Positions 17,928 through 27,124 are shown, counted from the whole stretch's first letter. The stretch: DNA of 63,584 bases, filler included, from Candidatus Woesearchaeota archaeon (GCA_046538795.1; 6 parts of 6 records of this genome joined end to end with filler, not necessarily neighbours in it); one strand, 5' to 3'. The notes: generated by a model from the sequence alone, not told the origin. Numbers and translations: made by a program.

Positions 17928-18998
17928 TTAACGCGCCATTCCGAATACATGCAGGAGATTCACCTTTATAGATTCTTTCTTGTTTTCCGATGCTTTTGGG
18001 AAAAAGAACAAAATAAGCTTCTGGCTGAAATTGACAACATCATGGTAGTCAAGATCATGGACTGTTGATTTTTCTATCTGCTGAAGTATGAGATCAACAT
18101 CTTTCGCGCTTAGATGAAGAATCTTAAAAAGCTTCTCTACATCTGCTCTGATATCAGGTGTTTTGTCTACAAGTATCTTTGGCGGCATCTGTTCAAATGG
18201 ATCTTTTTCTCTTGACTCGCCCTGTTCGACAAGGCTTTCGAAACTTGCTTTTGATTCTTTTATAAAAAACACTACATTACATTTTTTTGTCTTGTGCTGC
18301 AAAGTTATCGATAAAGATGATTTTAGGATTTTTTGTGGTTCCATAAACTTATCATCCTGGAAATATTTTTTCTTGAAATCATCATAATACAAAGGAGTAT
18401 AGAATACTTCTGCATTAAGAAGATCTCCTATAACCCTTATGAATTCAGGAAGAAGAATGTTGAAAAATTCATAGACTGCGGAAATTTTCATTTCATCAAG
18501 CTCTCTGCTTTCAGATTTGGTTCCCATCATAGATGTTGTCACAAGATCAGCAAAATCATTAGTAGTTGATTTGTCCATGGTTATCATGAGTAACCCGTCG
18601 ATAAGCTGAGAACATTCAAATCCAAACTGAACCTTATCTTCAGAATCAATCTCTTTGAGTATATCATCAACCTCTGAAAGATCTATATTTACCAAAGGCT
18701 CAACATGAAGTTCAGATTCCACGTTCATCATGTTGTCTACCTTATCACCCGCTTCATTCAGAGAAAATCGCAACATGTAGAGTATTTTCATATTCTGTAC
18801 ACGTTCTGGTGTGAAAAATTTGTTGAATATGCCTTCTATTATCTTTTCACCTATCTTAATCTGATCGTTTACGCCGAGTTTTTCAAAATCAGATATCTTG
18901 AATTTTTTAAGATACTGCTTGAATATAGAACCAGCCATAAGCTTTCCGAACCTATCCTGAAAAAATTCCATGACGATTGTCTCAGCTTTTTTCTTCAT
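17928..18998 (-). CDS. Hypothetical protein with a central divergent CheC/CheX-like domain
   Basis: LDEMKISAVYEFFNILL matches the CheC S-x3-E-x2-N motif; flanked by helical N- and C-terminal segments; co-oriented with the che cluster. Confidence 0.65.
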   Translation of the reverse strand: MKKKAETIVMEFFQDRFGKLMAGSIFKQYLKKFKISDFEKLGVNDQIKIGEKIIEGIFNKFFTPERVQNMKILYMLRFSLNEAGDKVDNMMNVESELHVEPLVNIDLSEVDDILKEIDSEDKVQFGFECSQLIDGLLMITMDKSTTNDFADLVTTSMMGTKSESRELDEMKISAVYEFFNILLPEFIRVIGDLLNAEVFYTPLYYDDFKKKYFQDDKFMEPQKILKSSLSITLQHKTKKCNVVFFIKESKASFESLVEQGESREKDPFEQMPPKILVDKTPDIRADVEKLFKILHLSAKDVDLILQQIEKSTVHDLDYHDVVNFSQKLILFFFPKASENKKESIKVNLLHVFGMAR

Positions 18999-19107
18999 AT
19001 ATCAATAACCTCTTTTAAAACTATTAATCCTATTAATATGACATTAAATCAACTCTTATAAATATCTTATTGATGCAAAATGAAAATCTTTTATTTTTTG
19101 AGAAAAA

Positions 19108-19665
19108 CTAGAATCTTTTTTCAACAAATATTTTTGTTTTTTCAAAGACTTGCTCAGGAGTTAATAGTGTAGTGTCAATCACAAAGTCAAAATTATTACC
19201 ATCATAGCAGTTCTCTATGTTATAATAGTTCCTGTACCTCTTCCTGTCAGATTCTATGCGCTTAAGAAGATTTTTATAGACATCATCTTCTGACAAATAA
19301 ACTTTTTCGTTCCTTTGATCTTTTTCGTCTAAAGAACATCTGTATATTCGTCTTGCTGCTTCCTTTAGATCAACATCAAGAAATATTTTTATAGAATGCG
19401 GGATGAAAAAAAATGATGTTCTTCCTTCAATTACAAAATTATCTTCTTCTTTCCCAAGCTTTTCCTGGTATTCATCAACTTCTTTGTCAGTTGAAGGATC
19501 AGTTTCTCCAAGCGTATTGAATTCATCAAGAGTCATACCTCTTTCTTTTGCCATACTTCGTCTTAATGCTCCAATATAATATCGCTTCATCCCAAGCTTT
19601 TTAGAAATGTTTTCTGCAAGAGTGCTTTTTCCTGCACCAGGCATCCCTGAAATTGAGATTATCAT
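19108..19665 (-). CDS. cmk: Cytidylate kinase (archaeal type)
   Basis: ISISGMPGAGKST P-loop, DKEVD, VIEGR, SDRKRY...Y, FDFVIDTT. Confidence 0.92.
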   Translation of the reverse strand: MIISISGMPGAGKSTLAENISKKLGMKRYYIGALRRSMAKERGMTLDEFNTLGETDPSTDKEVDEYQEKLGKEEDNFVIEGRTSFFFIPHSIKIFLDVDLKEAARRIYRCSLDEKDQRNEKVYLSEDDVYKNLLKRIESDRKRYRNYYNIENCYDGNNFDFVIDTTLLTPEQVFEKTKIFVEKRF

Positions 19666-19740
19666 AGATTATTGGACATGAAAGTGGTATATATAATTAT
19701 TGGAAAAAAACTCATGAAAAATAATAACTCAAACCAATGT

Positions 19741-19780
19741 CTATTCCCCGACCTGCTCGAAGAGTACCCTTTCAGGGCAA
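19741..19780. repeat. 40-bp GC-rich dispersed element, copy 1
   Basis: CTATTCCCCGACCTGCTCGAAGAGTACCCTTTCAGGGCAA is the exact reverse complement of 30186-30225. Confidence 0.95.
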
Positions 19781-19813
19781 ACCCAAAATTTAGAAATAAA
19801 ACAAACTACAGCG

Positions 19814-19978
19814 TAAAAATATGAAATACGCCACAGCGACAGATTCCCACAAGATTTTTACGAAAAATCTTGTAAAAAGTATGCTAGTGAGGTGTTCCTT
19901 AAAGGAAACCTCACGTGATGAGTAAAAAAAGAATATGAAACAAATTAAAAAATAAAAATATGAAATACGCCCCAGCGA
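19814..19978. repeat. Direct repeat of the tRNA-Arg 3' end and trailer (19814-19839 vs 19953-19978) enclosing hairpins
   Basis: TAAAAATATGAAATACGCC(A/C)CAGCGA, 26 nt with one mismatch, offset 139 bp. Confidence 0.88.
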
Positions 19979-20041
19979 GGATTCGAACCCCGGTCGTAGG
20001 CTCCGCAAGCCTATGTTCTATCCAGGCTAAACTACTGGGGC
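19968..20041 (-). tRNA. trnR: tRNA-Arg(GCG)
   Basis: Acceptor GCCCCAG/CTGGGGC, anticodon arm TAGGC-TT-GCG-GA-GCCTA, T-arm CGGGG-TTCGAAT-CCTCG. Confidence 0.96.
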
Positions 20042-20082
20042 ATTTGATCCTGAAAGAAAAAGAAGTTATTCTTAAAACTTAC

Positions 20083-20985
20083 TTAATCATCGTATTCTTT
20101 AAGTTCTTTTTCAGGCACATATTCCATCTCATCTATCACCACATCAGGCTTTTTCTTAAATCCATTTCCTATTCGCTCTATTATCCTCGGATGAAAATAT
20201 GGAGCGTGTTTTCTGAAAATAGATGTGTAAACAACGGGTTTTCTTCTTACCTGGAGCTCTTTTCCTATGACAAAGTTTTTCTGTTTCTTGATCTTATCCA
20301 GAAATTCCTGATAATTATCTGCCCTCGCGCAGGTCAAAACATGACCAACTTCCTTTAGTGTATGAGCATCACTTCCGCCAGTATAGCAAATTCCCAAATT
20401 ATAGTTCCAGACAATAGCATTTTTATTCACTTTTCTGGACATCTCACCATTCATAATCTCAAGCCCATGAAGTTTTTTCAGGTATTCATATGTATTTTCT
20501 TTTTTTACAAGCTTGAATATATTCTTGTAGGCAACCCCTGCAGGATGAGCCCCTACTACAAGACAATCATATTTTCTTGCAGAATCTATTATATCATAGA
20601 AAGAAACAGAAGTCTTTCCGTTTGGATCCAGGCTTCTGTTGTTTTTTATGTAATTCCTGAAATAATCCTCAAGATGAGATGTTTCATAAAAATAAAGAAG
20701 TACATCAGGCCCAGATGATGAATTCACTTCTATCGCAGGTATTACAGGGCTTCTTTGACAAGCATTACTATAAGCATTCAATGATCCTTTTATCTCATTA
20801 TGGTCTGTAAGCGCAATCCCAAAAGAATTCTTTTTTGCCTTTTTCATTATCGCGTTTACAGAGGCAGAGCCATCAGAACACTTTGAATGAAGATGCATAT
20901 CAATACACATAAAGCCCTGATCAAAAAGTTTTCGGGGATCAGGTTTCTCAAAAATTATTTTTCTGCCGTCTATAGGATTATCCAT
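20083..20985 (-). CDS. PHP-domain metal-dependent phosphoesterase
   Basis: IDMHLHSKCSDG, ALTDHNE, AHP and GGSDAH motifs. Confidence 0.9.
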   Translation of the reverse strand: MDNPIDGRKIIFEKPDPRKLFDQGFMCIDMHLHSKCSDGSASVNAIMKKAKKNSFGIALTDHNEIKGSLNAYSNACQRSPVIPAIEVNSSSGPDVLLYFYETSHLEDYFRNYIKNNRSLDPNGKTSVSFYDIIDSARKYDCLVVGAHPAGVAYKNIFKLVKKENTYEYLKKLHGLEIMNGEMSRKVNKNAIVWNYNLGICYTGGSDAHTLKEVGHVLTCARADNYQEFLDKIKKQKNFVIGKELQVRRKPVVYTSIFRKHAPYFHPRIIERIGNGFKKKPDVVIDEMEYVPEKELKEYDD

Positions 20986-21028
20986 ATATGAAAATGAATC
21001 TTTTTAATTTTTATTAAACCTTGCGGTT

Positions 21029-21685
21029 TCAGGGCTTTTTGGCAATAGTCGAAGGTCCTCTCCTGTAAACCTTAGGTCCGTCCTCGACGATAAAATCAGC
21101 ATTTTTGAGATTTTCCCTTACAACTCTTGCGCAGCTGTATGTTGTGAGTATCCCACCTGAATTCATCTTTTCATAGATATTCTTAAAAAAATCTTCTGTC
21201 CAGAGTTCAGGGCATTTTTTTGGAGAGAATGGGTCAAGAAAAACATAATCATATGTTTTTTCAAGTTTTTTTACAGCAATAAGAGCGTCATCATTGATCA
21301 GTTTTAATGAAAAATTCTTTTGCTGAAAACAGGTTTTAACTTCTTTCTCCATAAAAAGTTCTCTAATCAGACGATATTCAGGATTTTTGAGAGTATTATT
21401 CTTGATCTTTTCTAAAATTTCAGGATCAAGTTCAATCGCAGTTATATTTATTTTTTCCAAGTTCTTATTTTTCAATGCTTCTATAATCCCAGCAAGAGAA
21501 TTATATCCAACTCCGAAACAGATGTCAAGTATGGATATCTCTTTTTTTTGCACCGAAGATAATTTAGATGGAATTGCATATTTCAGGAATCCTTCTTCAA
21601 GAGCACCTGTCTTAGAATGGTAATATTCCTGATATTTGTCAGAAAAAAAAGTAAGGGACTCATCCCCTGTCTTAAAAGTATCCAT
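21029..21685 (-). CDS. mnmD: Stand-alone MnmD/MnmC-type tRNA U34 methyltransferase
   Basis: YQEYYHSKTGALEE, ILDICFGVGYN, FLDPFSPKKCPELWT, LTTYS. Confidence 0.85.
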   Translation of the reverse strand: MDTFKTGDESLTFFSDKYQEYYHSKTGALEEGFLKYAIPSKLSSVQKKEISILDICFGVGYNSLAGIIEALKNKNLEKINITAIELDPEILEKIKNNTLKNPEYRLIRELFMEKEVKTCFQQKNFSLKLINDDALIAVKKLEKTYDYVFLDPFSPKKCPELWTEDFFKNIYEKMNSGGILTTYSCARVVRENLKNADFIVEDGPKVYRRGPSTIAKKP

Positions 21686-21687
21686 CT

Positions 21688-22404
21688 TCACATCTCAGGA
21701 GGCATCCCGCCCTGTGGATTTGCTGAACTGTTGTCCTGTTTTCCAGATGCTATAACATCATCGATTCTTAAGATCATGACAGCAACTTCTGAAGCAGAAC
21801 TTATTGCCTGAGTCTTTATCTTGAGTGGCTCAACAATCCCTTCTTTGATGGAATCTATAGTTTTTCCTGAAAATACATCTATTCCTGCCCACATTTCACC
21901 AGAATCATGCGCTGCTTTCAGTTCTGTAAGGACATCTATAGGATCAAGACCCCCATTTTCAGCGAGTGTCCTCGGTATTACTTCAACTGATTCTGCAAAA
22001 GCATTTACTGCCAATTGTTCTCGTCCTGAAAGAGAGCTTGAGAATTTTTTTAGATGTCTTGAAAGCTCAATCTCTATTGAACCTGCTCCGCCCACAATAA
22101 AACCATCTATCAAAGTAGAGGATACATCACCAATCGCGTCTTCTACTGCTCTTTTCACCTCATCAATCACATGCTCAGTGCTTCCTCGTAGGAGGAGAGT
22201 AACGGCTTTAGGATTAGGACATTCTCTTACATAGACCATTTCCTCATCACCAACTATCTTTTCCTCAACTATTCCTGCCTTTCCAAGAAAGTTAGATGAA
22301 AGATCATCAAGATTGGACGTTATTTTTGCACCTGTGGCCTTTGAAAGCTTTTCCATATCAGATTTTTTAAGACGTCTTACTGCAAAAATATTATTCTTTG
22401 AAAG
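21688..22404 (-). CDS. ths: Thermosome (group II chaperonin) subunit, 5'-truncated
   Basis: FAVRRLKKSDMEKLSKATGA, LLRGST, GGAGSIE, IPRTLAENGG, EPLKIKTQAI, ILRIDDVI. Confidence 0.95.
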   Translation of the reverse strand, partial: LSKNNIFAVRRLKKSDMEKLSKATGAKITSNLDDLSSNFLGKAGIVEEKIVGDEEMVYVRECPNPKAVTLLLRGSTEHVIDEVKRAVEDAIGDVSSTLIDGFIVGGAGSIEIELSRHLKKFSSSLSGREQLAVNAFAESVEVIPRTLAENGGLDPIDVLTELKAAHDSGEMWAGIDVFSGKTIDSIKEGIVEPLKIKTQAISSASEVAVMILRIDDVIASGKQDNSSANPQGGMPPEM

Positions 22405-22437
22405 TCTCGAGGTTTGGAAAATATCTGCTAATTACTA

Positions 22438-22537
22438 NNNNNNNNNNNNNNNNNNNNNNNNNNNNNNNNNNNNNNNNNNNNTTAATTAATTAANNNNNNN
22501 NNNNNNNNNNNNNNNNNNNNNNNNNNNNNNNNNNNNN
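22438..22537. other. Artificial contig linker
   Basis: N-run + TTAATTAATTAA + N-run. Confidence 0.98.
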
Positions 22538-22644
22538 CGCAAGCGATAATATAGGGTTTTGCTAAAAAATCTTCACAAAATGATCTATTTCAAAAGATAT
22601 TTAAATGATTAGTCCATAAATTAGTATTGTACATCAACATCAAA

Positions 22645-22977
22645 ATGAAAAAAAAGAGGTTTGATAAGGCTAAGGCACAAAAAAATTCCCGGGATGAGCT
22701 TGAGAACAGGATTCTTGAACTCGAACTTGAGATTTCAAAGATAAACCGGGAAAAATCTGCGATGGTGCTTAACAAGGCAATGTATATGTATTTTGTGTTC
22801 CTTGTTGTCGCAGTTATGAGTGTGCTTAATGGCTATACTTCTTTTTTTAACCTGTTAGTCTTTATGGGGCTTTGCGTGCTTATAATAGGCGCTTTCCCTT
22901 ACATAAAGACCATGCATACAGAGGATCAGAAGCTTAACCTTTTGGTATCAAAACTAAAATCCCAGGTTAAAAACTAA
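22645..22977 (+). CDS. Small membrane protein (2 TM)
   Basis: Coiled-coil N-terminus followed by two hydrophobic helices. Confidence 0.7.
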   Translation: MKKKRFDKAKAQKNSRDELENRILELELEISKINREKSAMVLNKAMYMYFVFLVVAVMSVLNGYTSFFNLLVFMGLCVLIIGAFPYIKTMHTEDQKLNLLVSKLKSQVKN

Positions 22978-23010
22978 ATTAGATCAATTTAACATAAGAA
23001 ACAAGAAAAG

Positions 23011-23553
23011 ATGGCAAGAATCAACAATTCCAGACGATCAAAGATCGGTTTTTTTTCAAAATCAAAGAAAGGTATATCTCCTCTTATAGCAACAGTTCTT
23101 TTAATAGCTTTTGCAGTAGCTCTTGGTGCTGTTGTGATGAACTGGGGAAGAACTTATGTTGAGGATACTGCGGCAAATGCTGAAAAGAGTTCTCAGATAA
23201 AGATTGACTGCTCTTTGGGTGTTAAAATTAATGTCCACGATATAGGAGGAGATCCTCAGATATGCTATGATGAGGATGAAGAAGAATTCGTAGTTTATCT
23301 TAATAACAAAGGCTCGAAAGGTCTTGAAGGCATAAAGACTACAATAATCGGTGCAGAAAATGTTGTCAACTATGATCAGAATGTTTCTCTTGGCGTGAGC
23401 AATGTGAAAAAATTTACGTTTTCTTACGATACCTCAGACAATGGAGATATTATGCAGGTGGTCTTTACCCCTAAGATCAATGTGGCGGGTTCCAGAGTTC
23501 CTGAACTTTGTCCTGATGCAGAGCTTGAAGCAGAAAATATTCAGAACTGCTGA
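23011..23553 (+). CDS. Archaeal type IV pilin (class III signal peptide)
   Basis: SKKG|ISPLIATVLLIAFAVALGAVV prepilin cleavage motif followed by a hydrophobic helix. Confidence 0.9.
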   Translation: MARINNSRRSKIGFFSKSKKGISPLIATVLLIAFAVALGAVVMNWGRTYVEDTAANAEKSSQIKIDCSLGVKINVHDIGGDPQICYDEDEEEFVVYLNNKGSKGLEGIKTTIIGAENVVNYDQNVSLGVSNVKKFTFSYDTSDNGDIMQVVFTPKINVAGSRVPELCPDAELEAENIQNC

Positions 23554-23589
23554 ATTTATTTATATGCAATTTTTGCTTTTTTTCAATAG

Positions 23590-24018
23590 GTGGATCATAT
23601 GAATACAGGTGCTAAAATTTTCCTGATAGTTGGAATTGCCATGGGTGTATTTATGGCTATATATATAGGCACATCTCTTGTATCTATCTATAACAATTCA
23701 AAAGATACTGTTGAGAAGGAATCTGAAGATCAGGACATAGACTGTATGCAGATGTTCTTTGAGGCTTATCTTGAAAATGATAATACATTGATCATCTCTA
23801 ATTCCCGGATCAGCAGTTTTCAGATAAAAAGCATTTTTATCAGATTTGGAGATGGAAATGATTCTTTAAGAGAACATGCTTTTCCGCGATTTGCGCCAGG
23901 CGAGGAAAAAGAGATAGACATATCAGAAATCCCGGTTGAGAATGAATTTGATATTTATCCTTTTGGGTGCGAAGTCCATACAAAATCGTGTGATATATCC
24001 ACAGGAATCTGTGAATAG
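23590..24018 (+). CDS. Pilus-associated membrane-anchored protein
   Basis: N-terminal TM helix and Cys-containing beta domain; lies between two pilin genes. Confidence 0.7.
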   Translation: MDHMNTGAKIFLIVGIAMGVFMAIYIGTSLVSIYNNSKDTVEKESEDQDIDCMQMFFEAYLENDNTLIISNSRISSFQIKSIFIRFGDGNDSLREHAFPRFAPGEEKEIDISEIPVENEFDIYPFGCEVHTKSCDISTGICE

Positions 24019-24037
24019 ATGAGATGACAGGATCGAT

Positions 24038-24814
24038 ATGAAAAAAACAAAAAAAACGCTTAAGGAAAATCTTGTGATGATGTCGAGGGAAAGAGCTTTT
24101 CTTGATAGTTCTGATAAGGGCCAGATTTGGATATCTGCAGTCCTTTACACATTGATTGCTGTTGTTGCTATAGTGTTCATTCTTCAGGCAGGTACACCCA
24201 TAATTGAGGGGATGAGGGACAGGAGCATATTTACAAGGACAAAGAACCAATTTATGACTCTGGATCAGACAATAGAAGAAGTTGCATCACTAGGACCTAG
24301 TTCATCAAGAACTATTCCAATAGAAATCGATAAAGGAAAATTTTACATTTCAGGCGGAGAACTCAAATGGGAATTTGAGACTGCACAAAAGCTTGTTGAG
24401 CCAGGATCATCACAGATGCTTGGAAATATGATAATTTCATCAGAAAGCAATGTGAAATCATCTTCCAATTCTACGCATTTCATACTGGAAAACAACAAGA
24501 TACGTGTTGCTCTTATGAAGATCGGAAGCAAGTCATCTCCTGCGGCTATCGAGACTGACAACATCATTGATTCAGTCTATTTCATAGAGACAAATTCTAC
24601 GATAGATGGTAATTTCACCTTTGTTGTTGCAGGCGATTCAACAACTGCTGCAGGCACAGGTTATACTGAGGTGCTTTCAACAGGAAATTATCTTGGTTCA
24701 GCAGCTTTTATTGCCCACATAGATTCTCTTAATTATGTTTATGATCTGGAGCTCACATTAGATAGCAGCGCTGATTTTCTTAAATCAAGAATATTGAATT
24801 TTGAGGCAAAATAA
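24038..24814 (+). CDS. Minor pilin-like protein (class III signal peptide)
   Basis: DKG|QIWISAVLYTLIAVVAIVFIL motif. Confidence 0.8.
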   Translation: MKKTKKTLKENLVMMSRERAFLDSSDKGQIWISAVLYTLIAVVAIVFILQAGTPIIEGMRDRSIFTRTKNQFMTLDQTIEEVASLGPSSSRTIPIEIDKGKFYISGGELKWEFETAQKLVEPGSSQMLGNMIISSESNVKSSSNSTHFILENNKIRVALMKIGSKSSPAAIETDNIIDSVYFIETNSTIDGNFTFVVAGDSTTAAGTGYTEVLSTGNYLGSAAFIAHIDSLNYVYDLELTLDSSADFLKSRILNFEAK

Positions 24815-24984
24815 GTTTTGCTGATATTTTTAATAAGAGTATTATCAAGTCGCTTTTTTGCAATCTAATCGAAAAATATAAAAACCTCTGGATGAAGAAT
24901 ATAATTGTGTTTTTGAGTGCAGTGTAGGTTAGTCTATCTGACTGAGACGGTTATCTCTATCATATTTTATAAAAGAGGGGTTTT

Positions 24985-26820
24985 ATGGCGCAAAATCAGG
25001 GAAAAAATGAAACGAGTTCTGTAATCGCGCAGGATGGTTCAGGTGCAGCGGGTTCTGATCCAAACCAGTCAGCGAAAGAAAAACAGGATCTTATGCAGAA
25101 ACAAAATATTGTAGATACATCAAATACTTTTTCAAATACACAAGGTACTCAGGGTACAATATCTGAACTTGAAGAATTCAGGAAGACCAAATCGCTTTTT
25201 AATCTTGATCTTAAGCCCAAGATGATCAACCTTCCTTCTGATATTGATTTCAGGCACCTGAATGTGAAATATCCGCTTATTGCTCCTCATGCTTTTGCAC
25301 ATCTATTTTGGGATGAGAAAAATGATGAGCTTGTCTATTATGTCGAAGAGCCGATTTTAAATGAGATTGAGGATGAAATTTTAAGGCTCCTTAAGCTTGG
25401 CATGGAAGAGATGATAAACGTTAGCTATATTTCAGCAACAAAACATAATATCGTCCTTCTTTATCTGGAACAGAATGTACAGTCTATCTTAAATGAACTT
25501 GGCACAAAGGTTTCTATAGATACATATCAAAAGCTTATGTATTATATCTACAGGGATTTTATAGGCATTAATGAAATCGAGCCTCTTATGCGGGATTATT
25601 TTATTGAAGATATCGAATGCAACGGTGTCGGAGCCCCTGTATATATTGTCCACAGGAAATACAGGAATCTGAGAACTAATGTCATCTACAGGCAAAATGA
25701 TGATCTGACAAGCTTTGTAGAAAAGCTTGCCCAGAAATCCGGACGATATGTATCTTATGCACAGCCTCTTCTTGATGGAACTCTTCCTGATGGATCCAGA
25801 ATAAATGCTACATACAGCAGTGATGTTACTACAAGAGGTCCGACTTTTACTATAAGGAAGTTTACTAAAGATCCATGGACCCCTACGCATCTTATCAAGA
25901 TGGGAACTGCTTCTGCAGAAGTGTTTGCATATTGCTGGCTTGCGATAGAGAACAAGTTTAACGTTATCGCTATAGGAGAGACAGGATCAGGAAAGACAAC
26001 ATTTCTTAATAGCATAGTCTCTTTTATTCCAAGTGAGGCAAGGGTGTGTTCAATAGAGGATACACGGGAACTTAATCTTGCACATGAGAACTGGCTTCCT
26101 GCTGTCACAAGAGCAGGGTTTGGCGTTGCCGGTGAAAAATATGGTGAAGTTACATTATTTGATCTTTTAAGAGAAACTTTCAGGCAGAATCCAGACTATG
26201 TGATTGTGGGAGAGGTAAGAGACAAAGAAACTTATGTACTTTTCCAGGGTATGGCATCAGGACACAGTTCTTTTTCAACATTCCACGCATCGTCTGTAGA
26301 TTCTCTTGTAAGAAGGCTTGAAACCCCGCCTATATCACTTCCTGCATCGCTTATAGAATCATTAAATATTATCTGCATAATGTCTCATATAAAAGACCAG
26401 GAGAAAAACATAAGGAGGCTTAAGGAACTTAATGAAGTTATATCTGTAAAACAGGATCTTGGGGAAGTTGACTGCAATCTTCTTTTTGAATATGATCCTG
26501 TTAATGATGAGAACATGGTAAAAAATGCATCTTATATTGTTAATCTTATTCATAAGATGACTGGCATACCTGTTGAGAGGCTTGATTCAGAGATCGCTTT
26601 TCGGACTGCTCTTCTGAAAAAGCTTGTAGAAAAAAATATACAGGATTATAAGGAGTTTGGAGCTATCATAAATTCATATTATAAGAATCCTGATGCGGTC
26701 CTTAAAAGATATGGCATAGACAGGAAGAGCGCTTCTGAAAACAACATGTTGAGGCCTCTTAAGAACTTTTTCAGGAAAGATGATGAAACTGGAAATTTTA
26801 CTGGAAGCGAAAAACTTTGA
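24985..26820 (+). CDS. Type IV pilus assembly ATPase (ArlI/TadA/VirB11 family)
   Basis: IEDIECNG, FTIRKF, Walker A GETGSGKTT, SIEDTREL, RQNPDYVIVGEVR, STFHA. Confidence 0.93.
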   Translation: MAQNQGKNETSSVIAQDGSGAAGSDPNQSAKEKQDLMQKQNIVDTSNTFSNTQGTQGTISELEEFRKTKSLFNLDLKPKMINLPSDIDFRHLNVKYPLIAPHAFAHLFWDEKNDELVYYVEEPILNEIEDEILRLLKLGMEEMINVSYISATKHNIVLLYLEQNVQSILNELGTKVSIDTYQKLMYYIYRDFIGINEIEPLMRDYFIEDIECNGVGAPVYIVHRKYRNLRTNVIYRQNDDLTSFVEKLAQKSGRYVSYAQPLLDGTLPDGSRINATYSSDVTTRGPTFTIRKFTKDPWTPTHLIKMGTASAEVFAYCWLAIENKFNVIAIGETGSGKTTFLNSIVSFIPSEARVCSIEDTRELNLAHENWLPAVTRAGFGVAGEKYGEVTLFDLLRETFRQNPDYVIVGEVRDKETYVLFQGMASGHSSFSTFHASSVDSLVRRLETPPISLPASLIESLNIICIMSHIKDQEKNIRRLKELNEVISVKQDLGEVDCNLLFEYDPVNDENMVKNASYIVNLIHKMTGIPVERLDSEIAFRTALLKKLVEKNIQDYKEFGAIINSYYKNPDAVLKRYGIDRKSASENNMLRPLKNFFRKDDETGNFTGSEKL

Positions 26821-26858
26821 ACCTCTCTTAGTTAAATAATTAATGAAAAGTGATTTTT

Positions 26859-27074
26859 ATGAAAGATAAAATCGATGAGCTTGCAAGGCATGTTAGAAAA
26901 ATGCATGCAGCAATAAATGTATATGGAGATATACTGCATAGTACTGCAAGGTCAGAAGGTGAAAAAGAGAACCAGAAACTGAAAATTGAGATTATGAAAG
27001 ATGAGATACTTCATTCAAACATGGACATAAAAAAACTTGCAAAACATCTTCTTGCAAGGATAGATGATGTATAA
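26859..27074 (+). CDS. Small hypothetical protein in the pilus operon
   Basis: Short helical ORF between the ATPase and platform genes. Confidence 0.55.
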   Translation: MKDKIDELARHVRKMHAAINVYGDILHSTARSEGEKENQKLKIEIMKDEILHSNMDIKKLAKHLLARIDDV

Positions 27075-27124
27075 GATTTGAGAATTTCATAAATTTGTTG
27101 ATATTTAGTTAATAATTGTTTGCT

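Noticed and set aside
19770..19812. CAGGGCAAACC resembles the start of a c-di-GMP-I riboswitch
   Set aside because: The downstream P2/P3 elements are absent and the second copy of the element diverges right after GGGCAA.
19790..20358. ORFs 19790-20008 (-) and 19960-20358 (+); likewise 33585-33791 (-)
   Set aside because: They overlap tRNA genes or antisense coding DNA and have no protein features.
22405..22437. Thermosome frame loses homology and meets TAG TAA just before the linker
   Set aside because: Only 33 nt at a contig end; most likely a chimeric or low-quality end, not a pseudogene or split gene.
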